NCBI GenBank assembly: GCA_002331145.1
Contig: DCYT01000001.1
Location: 223,697-287,696 of the forward strand
Length of the DNA: 64,000 nt
Source: Candidatus Minusculum obligatum
GTDB lineage: Bacteria; Patescibacteriota; Minisyncoccia; Phycocordibacterales; Phycocordibacteraceae
Reading direction: 5' to 3'
Shown one piece after another: positions 37,325-46,070 of this stretch. The translations under genes were made by a program, and so were the position numbers. The notes under the pieces are model-generated. The model worked only from the letters and a program-made list of their open reading frames with translations, had not been told where the DNA came from and ran no database searches. Numbering within the stretch: position 1 is the first letter of the stretch; each line of letters begins with the position of its first letter.

Positions 37325-39214
37325 ATGGAACACAAAAGACCAGGTCCAGGGAAAAAGCCCGGACCACACAAGCGAGGGCCAGGAGGACCAAGGAAACCTC
37401 GACCAAAAATTCACGGAGGGCCATCAACAGCCCCAGGTGGAAACAGAACGGTTCGCAGCAAGCGAAACGCTCGTATGGAGATGCGTCGAGACGCACCAAT
37501 TATTGCTCGTCGTGAAGATGAGTACTATCCAGAAGCTCCAGATAAAGATACAGCTCGAGTTATACCTCTTGGAGGAGTTGAGGAGGTGGGACGAAACTGT
37601 ACTGCTATTGATGTAAATGGAGACATCTTTATTTTGGATGTTGGATTCCAGTTCGTATCAGAAGAGCATGCTCCTGGAATTGACTATGTTCTTCCAAATA
37701 CAAAGTACTTGGAGAAAAACGTAGATCGAATCAGAGGTGCACTTATCACTCACGGTCACCTTGACCACATTGGAGGAGTTCCCTTCATGATGGGACGTAT
37801 TGGAAACCCAACAATCTACACACAGAATCTAACATCTGTGATGATTAAGAAGCGACAGGAAGAATATCCTGATGCACCAAAGCTTGATATTCAGGAAGTG
37901 AAGGTTGGAGATCGAATCAAAATTGGAAACACTTTTGTAAAGTTCTTCCCCGTAACTCACTCTATTCCTGATTCAATGGGAGTATCAATTGAATCTCCAC
38001 ACGGAAACCTGGTTATCTCAGGAGACCTTAAGCTTGACCATGTTGATGGAAAGCCAGCTCCTATTGAGGAGAAAACATGGGGAGAGCTTGGAAAAGACAA
38101 GAACATCTTCTTCATGGGAGATTCAACAAACGCTGAGCGTGATGGATTCTCAATGCCTGAAACAAAGGTACACCAGACTATTGAAGACATCATCAAGACA
38201 GTAAAAGGACGTCTTATTATTGGAACCTTTGCCTCACAGTTTGAGCGAATGGTGAAGATTCTTGAAATGTCTGAGAAGCTTGGAAAGAAAGTGGTTCTTG
38301 AAGGACGAAGTATCAAAACAAACGTGGAGATCGCAAACCATGTGAATCTTCTAAACATTGGAAAGGATGTGATTATTCCTTCAGGAGATATTGATAAGTA
38401 TCCACCAGACAAGATCATTATCATTGCCACAGGAGCTCAGGGAGAGAAGTTTGCTGCTCTTATGCGCATCGCAACTGGTAAGCACAAGTTCGTAAAACTT
38501 ACTCCTCGAGACACTATTGTTTTCTCATCTTCTGTTATTCCAGGAAACGAAGTTTCTGTTCAGAAGCTGAAGGACAATCTATACAGGCATGATATTAACC
38601 TTCTTCACTACCGAACAAGTGATGTGCACTCAACAGGGCACGGAAATACTGGAGAGCTTGTATGGATCAACCAGCAAGTTCACCCTACATTCTTTATGCC
38701 AGGGTACGGATATCACACAATGCTTAGGCTTCATGCCCGCGCTGTTGAGCAATCTGGATTCCCCAAGGAGAACATCATCATTCCAGATAATGGAACAGTG
38801 ATTGATATTATCAAGGGAGAAAAGCTTCACATCCACAAGCAAAAGGTACCTGCTGCCCCACTTCTTGTTGATGGAATCGGAATTGGAGATATGCAGGAAG
38901 TTGTTATCCGAGATCGGCAGATGCTTTCAAAGGATGGAATCTTCGTGATCATTGCAACTGTGCAATTGAAGACCGGAAAGCTTCGAAAGTCTCCTGACAT
39001 TATTTCTCGAGGATTTGTATACATTCGAGAAAACCAGGAGCTCTTCCAGCATGCTCGCATCCTTATCAAGAAGAGTGTTGAGGACACTACACAAGGCATG
39101 CATCCTATCGACCTAGATATTGTGAAGAAGGAACTAACCAATACACTTGAAACGTACCTCTTCCAAAAGACCAACAAAACACCAATTGTTATACCTGTAC
39201 TGATCGGAGTATAA
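37325..39214 (+). CDS. rnj: ribonuclease J
   Basis: PLGGVEEVGRN, THGHLDHIGG, HSIPD, DSTNAE, HSTGH, PDIISRGF. Confidence 0.96.
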   Translation: MEHKRPGPGKKPGPHKRGPGGPRKPRPKIHGGPSTAPGGNRTVRSKRNARMEMRRDAPIIARREDEYYPEAPDKDTARVIPLGGVEEVGRNCTAIDVNGDIFILDVGFQFVSEEHAPGIDYVLPNTKYLEKNVDRIRGALITHGHLDHIGGVPFMMGRIGNPTIYTQNLTSVMIKKRQEEYPDAPKLDIQEVKVGDRIKIGNTFVKFFPVTHSIPDSMGVSIESPHGNLVISGDLKLDHVDGKPAPIEEKTWGELGKDKNIFFMGDSTNAERDGFSMPETKVHQTIEDIIKTVKGRLIIGTFASQFERMVKILEMSEKLGKKVVLEGRSIKTNVEIANHVNLLNIGKDVIIPSGDIDKYPPDKIIIIATGAQGEKFAALMRIATGKHKFVKLTPRDTIVFSSSVIPGNEVSVQKLKDNLYRHDINLLHYRTSDVHSTGHGNTGELVWINQQVHPTFFMPGYGYHTMLRLHARAVEQSGFPKENIIIPDNGTVIDIIKGEKLHIHKQKVPAAPLLVDGIGIGDMQEVVIRDRQMLSKDGIFVIIATVQLKTGKLRKSPDIISRGFVYIRENQELFQHARILIKKSVEDTTQGMHPIDLDIVKKELTNTLETYLFQKTNKTPIVIPVLIGV

Positions 39215-39277
39215 GTTACAAAAACCCCAGCAATAGCTGGGGTTTTTGTTTATATGTACATGCTATTATGTGCGTAA

Positions 39278-40435
39278 ATGCTAAAGCAGACTCGAGGTAT
39301 TACGATAACCAACTTCTTTGGAGCGCTACACTATTTCCTTACAGTGTTCATTTTGGCTCCCTACTTGGCCCAATTCATGGGTGAAGCTGAAGTTGGGCTA
39401 GTGTTCTCTGCAGCTGCAGTACTTTCTTTCCTTGGGTTTCTTCTCCTTCCTTATGCGTTGAAATTTGTTTCTCTTAAGCGATTTGCACAAGGCTTAAGCC
39501 TTGTGCAGTTCCTTGTACTTCTCGCACTTATACAGTCTCCTTCAGTTGGAATTACTATTGGCCTTGTTGTATTACTTGCGGCGCTCCCTGCTCTTATTGG
39601 ATACGCTTTTGATATTTTCCTAGAGCAAGCAACACGCAGTGAGGGAGACACTGGAAACATTCGCGGTTTCTTTATTACCATTTCAAATATAGCTCTTGTC
39701 CTCTCTCCTCTTGCCATTGGATACATTCTTGGAGATTCAGATGAATATAACAAAATCTTTGCACTAGCTGCCGCAACTCTTTTGCCATTCATGCTTTTGC
39801 TTGCAACCCTTATCAAGGGCGGGAAGCATAAAGAAGAAGCAACGCTTTCATTTAAAAGTACCTTGAAGTGCCTCCTTCATTCAAAAGATATCTTCCTTGG
39901 AGCAAGTGCACATTTTGTAATGCTTCTATTTTTCTCATGGGTAGCAATTTACATCCCGCTATACCTTCATACTGAACTTGGAATTCTTTGGAGTGACCTT
40001 GGGTGGGTTTTCAGTGTAATGCTGCTTCCGTATGTATTTCTTGAATTCCCTCTTGGCTTTGCAGCAGACAAATGGTTTGGAGAGCGTGAGATTATGATGG
40101 GAGGATTTACCATTATGGGAATTGCCATGGCGATGCTTAGCTTTATTACCATTCCTGCCATTACGCTCTTCTTGATCTCTATTCTTATTCTTACTCGTGT
40201 GGGAGGTGCTATGGCTGAAATTACAACAGAAACATACTTCTTTAAGCATGTTGATGGAAATGACTTAAACAGTATCGGACTCTTTAGAATGCTACGACCC
40301 TTAGGCGCTCTTGTTGGACCACTTATTGGAAGTTTTGCCCTTATATTTGTATCACTCCAAAGCCTCTTTATTGTTCTTGGAGGACTGTGTCTTCTTGGAA
40401 TTCCCCTTGCCTTCTTTATTAAAGATACTCGTTAA
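39278..40435 (+). CDS. MFS transporter
   Basis: About 12 TM helices, G.AADKWFGER MFS loop motif. Confidence 0.85.
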   Translation: MLKQTRGITITNFFGALHYFLTVFILAPYLAQFMGEAEVGLVFSAAAVLSFLGFLLLPYALKFVSLKRFAQGLSLVQFLVLLALIQSPSVGITIGLVVLLAALPALIGYAFDIFLEQATRSEGDTGNIRGFFITISNIALVLSPLAIGYILGDSDEYNKIFALAAATLLPFMLLLATLIKGGKHKEEATLSFKSTLKCLLHSKDIFLGASAHFVMLLFFSWVAIYIPLYLHTELGILWSDLGWVFSVMLLPYVFLEFPLGFAADKWFGEREIMMGGFTIMGIAMAMLSFITIPAITLFLISILILTRVGGAMAEITTETYFFKHVDGNDLNSIGLFRMLRPLGALVGPLIGSFALIFVSLQSLFIVLGGLCLLGIPLAFFIKDTR

Positions 40436-41217
40436 GAGCTGAGTACGTACCCTCTCCCCTTCTTTTGTATAAACCCTTCCTTAAGAAGGTTTTTTATTTG
40501 CTTCTCTACCTGCTCTTTCCTGTCTGGGAAAACTGTTCCTATAGACTTCTTTTGTGTAAGAGCTCGAATAATAGCTCCTCGAACCTCCCTATCGGATCCT
40601 TTAAATACACTCTGCTTATTGTAGTGTTTACTCTTCTTGTTTATGCGAACCCCAGAGGCTTTTAAGTATGCCCCATAGTCCATAAGCGCCCAATACCATT
40701 CTCGAGGATTCTTTTTATCTAACGTTTGCTCAATTATTGGAAATATTTCTTTGTCAGAAACTCCAGGCCTGTCTTTAAAAAAGTGGTGCGTGTAGACAGT
40801 TCGTATGTTTGTCTCGATACATGGGTTTGGAATATTAAATGCAAAAGCTTGTATTGCACATGCTGTATATGGACCAATGCCAGGAATACTCTCTAAGTTT
40901 TCCTTTGGAAAAACTCCCTTATGCTCTTTAACAATATATTTTGCTCCAAGGTGTAGAAGCTTTGCTCGCCTATTGTATCCAAGCCCCTGCCAACATGAGA
41001 GCACCTCAGAGAGTGGTGCGCTTGAAAGTTCTTTAATTGTTTTAAATTTCTTTAGAAACTCTTTGTACTTAGGAAGCACGCGCGCAACCTGTGTCTGCTG
41101 CAACATTATCTCAGACACCCAAATACGATATGGGTTTGTTGTATTTCTCCAAGGAAGATCTCTTCCTTCTTTTTTATAAAAACTCCAGACAAGCTTTTTA
41201 AACTTCTTTTGATCCAT
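40432..41217 (-). CDS. mutY: MutY-like A/G-specific adenine glycosylase (no Fe-S cysteines)
   Basis: RDLPWR, WVSEIMLQQTQV, WQGLGYNRRA, IPGIGPYTA HhH. Confidence 0.85.
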   Translation of the reverse strand: MDQKKFKKLVWSFYKKEGRDLPWRNTTNPYRIWVSEIMLQQTQVARVLPKYKEFLKKFKTIKELSSAPLSEVLSCWQGLGYNRRAKLLHLGAKYIVKEHKGVFPKENLESIPGIGPYTACAIQAFAFNIPNPCIETNIRTVYTHHFFKDRPGVSDKEIFPIIEQTLDKKNPREWYWALMDYGAYLKASGVRINKKSKHYNKQSVFKGSDREVRGAIIRALTQKKSIGTVFPDRKEQVEKQIKNLLKEGFIQKKGRGYVLSS

Positions 41218-41404
41218 CTGCAGCAGGAACAATAAATAGTCCGAGGAAATATGCAATAAGTCCTGGGAAGATACCGGTAAAGATAGTTACCATCATGTAT
41301 CCAAATCGAAAGATAACAGGATCCATATCTAGGTACTCTCCGATACCTCCAAACACTCCTGCAAATACTTTATTTGTTTTACTTCGTGTGAGTAGTTTCT
41401 TCAT
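41198..41404 (-). CDS. pspC: PspC domain protein
   Basis: LTRSKTNKVFAGVFGGIGEYLDMDPVIFR...AY..IVP. Confidence 0.88.
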   Translation of the reverse strand: MKKLLTRSKTNKVFAGVFGGIGEYLDMDPVIFRFGYMMVTIFTGIFPGLIAYFLGLFIVPAADGSKEV

Positions 41405-41460
41405 TGCGCTGAGTATAGCAAATAAAAAAGCCGCCACAAAGTGTGACGGCAAAGATCAGG

Positions 41461-41673
41461 CGGACTCAGAAGGAGATTTTTCCAGTTAAGGTACCAGCTC
41501 GTGAACTGCGCATTTCGACACGAGTATTAAATTAGGTGCGCTCTGGCTCGAACAGTCTTTCAGGACATTCCAATACTTCAGAATAGAAGCAAGTTAGTCT
41601 CAACAAAACTGTTGACGAGGCCGCTTAGGAACGTTCCCCTTGGGTCCTCCTGGGTTATCTCCTCCTGAGTCCG
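41461..41673 (-). ncRNA. unassigned ~213-nt structured RNA with terminal stem and H-type pseudoknot
   Basis: TTGACG-18-TAGTAT promoter, 17-bp end-to-end stem, internal hairpins, pseudoknot, terminator 41424-41450, no usable ORF. Confidence 0.7.
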
Positions 41674-41704
41674 ATACGATACTACCTTATTCTACCTCCC
41701 GGCG

Positions 41705-42370
41705 TCAACCCTTATGCCACCCTTGTGCAGCTTCTGGATAAATCTTTACGAGCGGATCTTCTGTAGTGTCGTACTTCCTTGCAGGAGCAATATCTCTTCC
41801 ATATTCAATAGCTAGATACGTAAAATTAAACCAATCCTTCTTTGGAACTATCTCCATTAAGTCCTGTTCTATTTTCTCTGGAGTTTTATTATCTGTTAGA
41901 TCAAATCGTATTGAAAACCTCTTTACATGCGTATCAACTGCAATCCCCTCTACAATTCCATATGCATTCCCCAAAACAACATTGGCCGTCTTCCTTCCAA
42001 CACCAGGTATCTTTATCATCTCCTCTATTGTTTTAGGAATTTTCCCTCCAAACTCTTCTTTTACAACCTTTGCTCCTGCCAAGACATTCTTGGCTTTCAT
42101 TTTATAAAACCCCGTTGACTTAATATCTTGCTCAAACTCTCTAATATCTGCATTCACATAATCATCAAGCTTCTTATATTTCTTAAAAAGCTTTTCAGTT
42201 ACCTTATTCACCATCTTGTCAGTGCATTGCGCAGAGAGTGCAACAGCAACAACAAGCTCCCAATTATTTGAATAATTGAGCATCATTTCTGCCTTTGGGA
42301 AAAGACTTTTGAGTTTTTTTACAAGCTTTCCAGCTCTTACCTTTCGCTCTTTAAGCTTCTTTGGCTCCAT
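41705..42370 (-). CDS. nth: endonuclease III (no Fe-S cysteines)
   Basis: LSAQCTD..VN, GFYKMKA, IPGVGRKTANVVL, IAVDTHV. Confidence 0.9.
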   Translation of the reverse strand: MEPKKLKERKVRAGKLVKKLKSLFPKAEMMLNYSNNWELVVAVALSAQCTDKMVNKVTEKLFKKYKKLDDYVNADIREFEQDIKSTGFYKMKAKNVLAGAKVVKEEFGGKIPKTIEEMIKIPGVGRKTANVVLGNAYGIVEGIAVDTHVKRFSIRFDLTDNKTPEKIEQDLMEIVPKKDWFNFTYLAIEYGRDIAPARKYDTTEDPLVKIYPEAAQGWHKG

Positions 42371-43076
42371 TTTTCTGGATTTCCTTCGCTTCCTCAAGAC
42401 GCTTCTCTTCTTTTTGTACCACCTTCTCAGCAACCTTTCGTTTTGTGTACAAATTCATAAGCGCAAAGATAAGCATGCTAGAAAATACAATTCCTAGAAC
42501 GTTCACGAGATAAAGCGTGAATGCTCCTGAGATAACAGCAATATCAAGATTTGCTACTCCAATACCAATTGTTGCAAGCGGTGGAATAAGTGCCACTGAT
42601 ACTGCAATACCAGGAAGTGTTGCAGATAGCGCAGGTTGCGCTAGTGAGTATGAGACAGCAAGACCTGCCACAATAGCAACCCCAACATAAATAAGAGATG
42701 GCTCTGTTCGAAGAAGAATTTCGCTTGTAATAGGTGCAAACGGCGCAAAGATAAGTGTTGCGGCAGCGGCAGTAAGAATTGCGGCAGCTGATGCCTTGAG
42801 GAAGGTTGCAATGGATCGAGCGATGATTGGCCCATCAGACATAATTATTGAAAGAGAAATAGAAAGAATTGGAAATAGAATTGGAGCTAGAAGCATTGAC
42901 CCAATTACAATTGCTGGGTTATTAGCAATAAGTCCAAGTGTTGCCATGAGTACGGAAAGCACAATAAAGAAGAAGAAGTCAAAATCTCCTGTACTCTCAC
43001 GAATCAAAAGGTCTACTGCCTTTGTCTTGTCTGAGTCGTTGATTGTGCGCAAGTGCGCAATGAAGTTAAACACCAT
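42351..43076 (-). CDS. DUF389/TIGR00341 family membrane protein
   Basis: ATLGLIANNPAIVIGSMLLAP, EILLRTEP, LPGIAVSVALIPPL. Confidence 0.88.
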   Translation of the reverse strand: MVFNFIAHLRTINDSDKTKAVDLLIRESTGDFDFFFFIVLSVLMATLGLIANNPAIVIGSMLLAPILFPILSISLSIIMSDGPIIARSIATFLKASAAAILTAAAATLIFAPFAPITSEILLRTEPSLIYVGVAIVAGLAVSYSLAQPALSATLPGIAVSVALIPPLATIGIGVANLDIAVISGAFTLYLVNVLGIVFSSMLIFALMNLYTKRKVAEKVVQKEEKRLEEAKEIQKNGAKEA

Positions 43077-43096
43077 ATATAGCGATTATATCATTT

Positions 43097-43573
43097 CTAC
43101 CCCTCCTCTTTTCGCATCATTGGTGGGATAAGGTCTGTATACCGAGGAGACTCTTTGGGAATACGAATAATAAAGAGAGCGACAATAAGAAGAAGTGTTG
43201 AGAGAAGCGCAGAGAACATGCAGTACATACACACTGCTTCAATTACGAAGAATTGTAGGTACGTAAAGTACAGAGAGAACAAAAACCCAACTGCTGTTCC
43301 AAATACAAAGAAATGAGAGAGAGTTCGTGCTCGTACCATAAGCATGGTTGCTGCAAGTACAAAAATACCAAAGTAGAAAAGCACTCCCCATGAAGCAAGC
43401 GGTACTCCAAGCACTGTTGAGTATGGACTTGCAGCTACTGCATTACATCCATCTAACAAACTACAATTTAAAGGTGTTCCTGTTGTGTGCGCCTGCACCA
43501 AATAAAAGGTATTGGTAAGTCCAACAAACGCTAGAATAACTGCTGCCCATACAAGTCCTACGTACTTTTTCAT
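43097..43573 (-). CDS. vitamin K epoxide reductase (VKOR) family protein
   Basis: C-x5-C..V..SPY, GVPLA, CMYC. Confidence 0.9.
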   Translation of the reverse strand: MKKYVGLVWAAVILAFVGLTNTFYLVQAHTTGTPLNCSLLDGCNAVAASPYSTVLGVPLASWGVLFYFGIFVLAATMLMVRARTLSHFFVFGTAVGFLFSLYFTYLQFFVIEAVCMYCMFSALLSTLLLIVALFIIRIPKESPRYTDLIPPMMRKEEG

Positions 43574-43593
43574 ATTAACTAATCCTATAGAAA

Positions 43594-43821
43594 TTAATCT
43601 TCTTTCGCAAATCGAGGCTGACCCCCTTCATTTTCAATAAACATTGAAAGAGGTCTCGCCCAAATAAGCTCTCTATTATTTCTGTCTTGATAGATAACAA
43701 GCTCCTCAAGAGTCTCAGAGTGCCGCCCCACAAACAACACTTCATATTCTCCACCTTTATAGTGTCGATAATTCCCTAGCGGGAGTTTTTTTGCTGCATC
43801 TGAGTATACAAGCTCCCCCAT
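43594..43821 (-). CDS. DUF1653 family protein
   Basis: YRHYKGGEYEV..GRHSETLEELVIY, WARPLSMF, PRF. Confidence 0.92.
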   Translation of the reverse strand: MGELVYSDAAKKLPLGNYRHYKGGEYEVLFVGRHSETLEELVIYQDRNNRELIWARPLSMFIENEGGQPRFAKED

Positions 43822-43824
43822 AGA

Positions 43825-44010
43825 CTATTTCTTCCAATCTTTAATAACGAGCCTCTTTCGCTTCTCGTCTACCTCAACAACAAGCTTCTGTCGGTCTCGC
43901 CACTTAAATTTACGCACCGCATCAATAGGAAGCGTTACGCTATAACTTGCCCCTCCTGCAATTTTAGTAAGTGCACGTATGTGCCGTTTTTCTAGTTCTC
44001 TTCGTGCCAT
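43825..44010 (-). CDS. AbrB/MazE/SpoVT-like DNA-binding protein
   Basis: IRALTKIAGGASYSVTLP..VRKFKWRDRQKLVV..LVIKDW. Confidence 0.8.
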   Translation of the reverse strand: MARRELEKRHIRALTKIAGGASYSVTLPIDAVRKFKWRDRQKLVVEVDEKRKRLVIKDWKK

Positions 44011-44030
44011 ATGAGAAGAGTGTATCACAA

Positions 44031-44054
44031 AACTACGTAATTAACTACGTAGTT
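44031..44054. promoter_or_regulatory. putative operator (tandem AACTACGTA; palindrome AACTACGTAGTT)
   Basis: Two copies 12 bp apart directly upstream of the TGaTACACT box of the AbrB-like gene. Confidence 0.55.
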
Positions 44055-45160
44055 TAAATTCTTTTATACCCACCGGGCACACCATTTTTAGACAAAACAA
44101 TTTGCCAATCTTGTATAAATCGTGCTCTTGATGAGCCCTGCATCGTCTCTAAATAATACTTCCACATTCTGTAGAATCGCTCCCCATACTTATCTTTAAG
44201 TTTTGGCCATGCGGCATCAAAGTTCTCAAACCAAGCTTTTAATGTTGGCTCATAATCTGCACCAAAACTATACCAATCTTCCAACACAAAAAGGTCATCA
44301 ATGGACTCTCCTATCTGCTGCACCGAAGGAAGCATTCCATTTGGGAAAATATATTTATCAAGCCAAGGTTCTCCGAGCTTATTTGTGTTATTTTCTCCAA
44401 TAGTTTGAAGCACAAACAAACCATCATCACTGAGTACGTCGTGAACTTTTTGCATAAAGGTTCTAAAATTTTTATATCCTACAGCCTCAAACATCTCGAC
44501 AGAAACCACATGATCAAATGTTCCTGTTAAGTCTCTATAGTCCATAAACTTGAAATCTACATTTAGGCCTTTTGTTACTTCTTCTGCTTTTTTCTTTTGT
44601 TCTTTTGAAAGAGTTATACCCGTAACTTTTGCTCCATAGTTCTCTGCCGCATGCTTTGCAAGACCTCCAAAACCAAATCCAATATCGAGAATATGATCTC
44701 CTTTCTTTAACTTCATCTTTTTACAAAGCAGATCCATCTTCTGCTCCTGTGCGTCATCTAGATTATCTACCCCATCCCATACAGCGCAGGTGTACACCAT
44801 CCCCTTTCCAAGCATCGCTTCATACAGATCATTTCCTAGATCATAGTGATCTTCTGCAACTTTTGGTGCACGCGCTTTTGACTGCAGATTCATAAACATA
44901 TTTCCCAAAATACTTAGGAGAGGTCGTTTGTTTGCCTCTTTATGAATATTTGACTTCAATATTCTGTAAATAAGTTCGTTGAGGTCATCGCAATCCCACC
45001 AACCATCCATATACGATTCACCAAGCGCTAGTGAGCCTCCTCTTAAAACACGTCCATAGAAACGCTCATCATGAACCTGTATATCCCAAGCTCTATCTCC
45101 ATTAAATTGAATGTCCGCTTTCTGCACGAACTCTGTTAGGACCTTTTTAGCAATATTCAT
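44054..45160 (-). CDS. cfa: cyclopropane-fatty-acyl-phospholipid synthase
   Basis: GSLALGESYMDGWW, HYDLGNDL, MVYTCA, LDIGFGFGG, SVEMFEAVG, YIFPNG, FYRMWKYYL. Confidence 0.95.
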   Translation of the reverse strand: MNIAKKVLTEFVQKADIQFNGDRAWDIQVHDERFYGRVLRGGSLALGESYMDGWWDCDDLNELIYRILKSNIHKEANKRPLLSILGNMFMNLQSKARAPKVAEDHYDLGNDLYEAMLGKGMVYTCAVWDGVDNLDDAQEQKMDLLCKKMKLKKGDHILDIGFGFGGLAKHAAENYGAKVTGITLSKEQKKKAEEVTKGLNVDFKFMDYRDLTGTFDHVVSVEMFEAVGYKNFRTFMQKVHDVLSDDGLFVLQTIGENNTNKLGEPWLDKYIFPNGMLPSVQQIGESIDDLFVLEDWYSFGADYEPTLKAWFENFDAAWPKLKDKYGERFYRMWKYYLETMQGSSRARFIQDWQIVLSKNGVPGGYKRI

Positions 45161-45295
45161 TGCAGAAAGTATACCAAACTTCTTTGCTGCCCGTTCAATG
45201 CCATTATTCGAACTTTAGCGCGGGGATTTGCTCAAAAGAAAAATGATCACACGATGGACACATAACAAGATCTTGTTTTTAGTGTAGAATGTACT

Positions 45296-45422
45296 CAGAT
45301 GGAGACGAAGGTACGCCATGCGTCTCCGGCCTAAATGTTCTTTCAAAGAAAATAATTCCTTCTCGTCCTTGAGAAGGCAAGATCACTAAGGGCTTCTCTC
45401 CATCTGGAGGGAAGCCCATTTT
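45296..45422 (+). ncRNA. putative ~130-nt structured transcript (may encode 23-aa MRLRPKCSFKENNSFSSLRRQDH, 45318-45389)
   Basis: TAGAAT 45285-45290; hairpin GGAGACG...CGTCTCC; hairpin CCTTCTC...GAGAAGG; terminator GGGCTTCTCTCCA-tc-TGGAGGGAAGCCC-ATTTT. Confidence 0.45.
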
Positions 45423-45557
45423 CATATTTACTATTACAAGATATCTGCTCCACAGAGTAAAAATGACCACGCCAACGATAACTAAGCCGCTCCGCACAAC
45501 CATTTACAAATTGGATATTTATGCTTTAATTCAATTAGTTAACGGTTGGAGGTAACC

Positions 45558-45698
45558 ATGGCCAACTTTGGCTCTTTGATCAAGAAAGCATGGGATGAAC
45601 AAAATCCCTGGATGGTGGCATCAGTTGCTGCAGTCTACTTATCAGCCTTCTGGAGTCTTCTCTATTGGCTCGCATTTTATGCGCCAAGAGGTTCCTAA
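45558..45698 (+). CDS. 46-aa single-TM small protein (MANFGSLIKKAWDEQNPWMVASVAAVYLSAFWSLLYWLAFYAPRGS)
   Basis: TTTACA-16-TTTAAT with TG, SD GGAGGT, terminator AGGTCGCGCC-t-GGCGCGGCCT-TTTT. Confidence 0.68.
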   Translation: MANFGSLIKKAWDEQNPWMVASVAAVYLSAFWSLLYWLAFYAPRGS

Positions 45699-45923
45699 GG
45701 CTGATATAAAAGCCCTTCGAAAGGTCGCGCCTGGCGCGGCCTTTTTCTTTTCAGAACAAAACACCCCACTAGGGACAGCGAACCTGAACACACGGCTTTA
45801 AGCCGTATTCTCAGGCCTCCTTCACCGTGTTCTCCAAATACTCAAAAGCACGAACTTTTGGTCGCGCTTTTGAGTGCATGATTATGCGGTTTTTGGTGGG
45901 ACGGCTTGTGCCGTCCCTACTAG

Positions 45924-45994
45924 CTGCCCGGCAGGGAATCGAACCCCGATTTTTGGTACCAGAAACCAACGTCCTACCGTTAGACGACCAGGCA
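45924..45994 (-). tRNA. tRNA-Gln(CTG)
   Basis: TGCCTGG acceptor, TTGGT-TT-CTG-GT-ACCAA, GGTTCGATTCC. Confidence 0.93.
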
Positions 45995-46070
45995 AGTTCC
46001 CGTAGGATAGTCTAAAAATCAATATATTTCAAACAAAAAGGCACATCATTTGCGATGTGCCTTGAGTAGA

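Noticed and set aside
41461-41673. tmRNA, SRP RNA or intron identity for the structured RNA
   Set aside because: There is no tRNA-Ala-like acceptor or T arm, no tag frame, no SRP helix-8 motif and no interrupted host gene.
45279-45503. 74-aa minus-strand ORF
   Set aside because: It has no family motif, and the promoter and terminator signals point to plus-strand transcripts.
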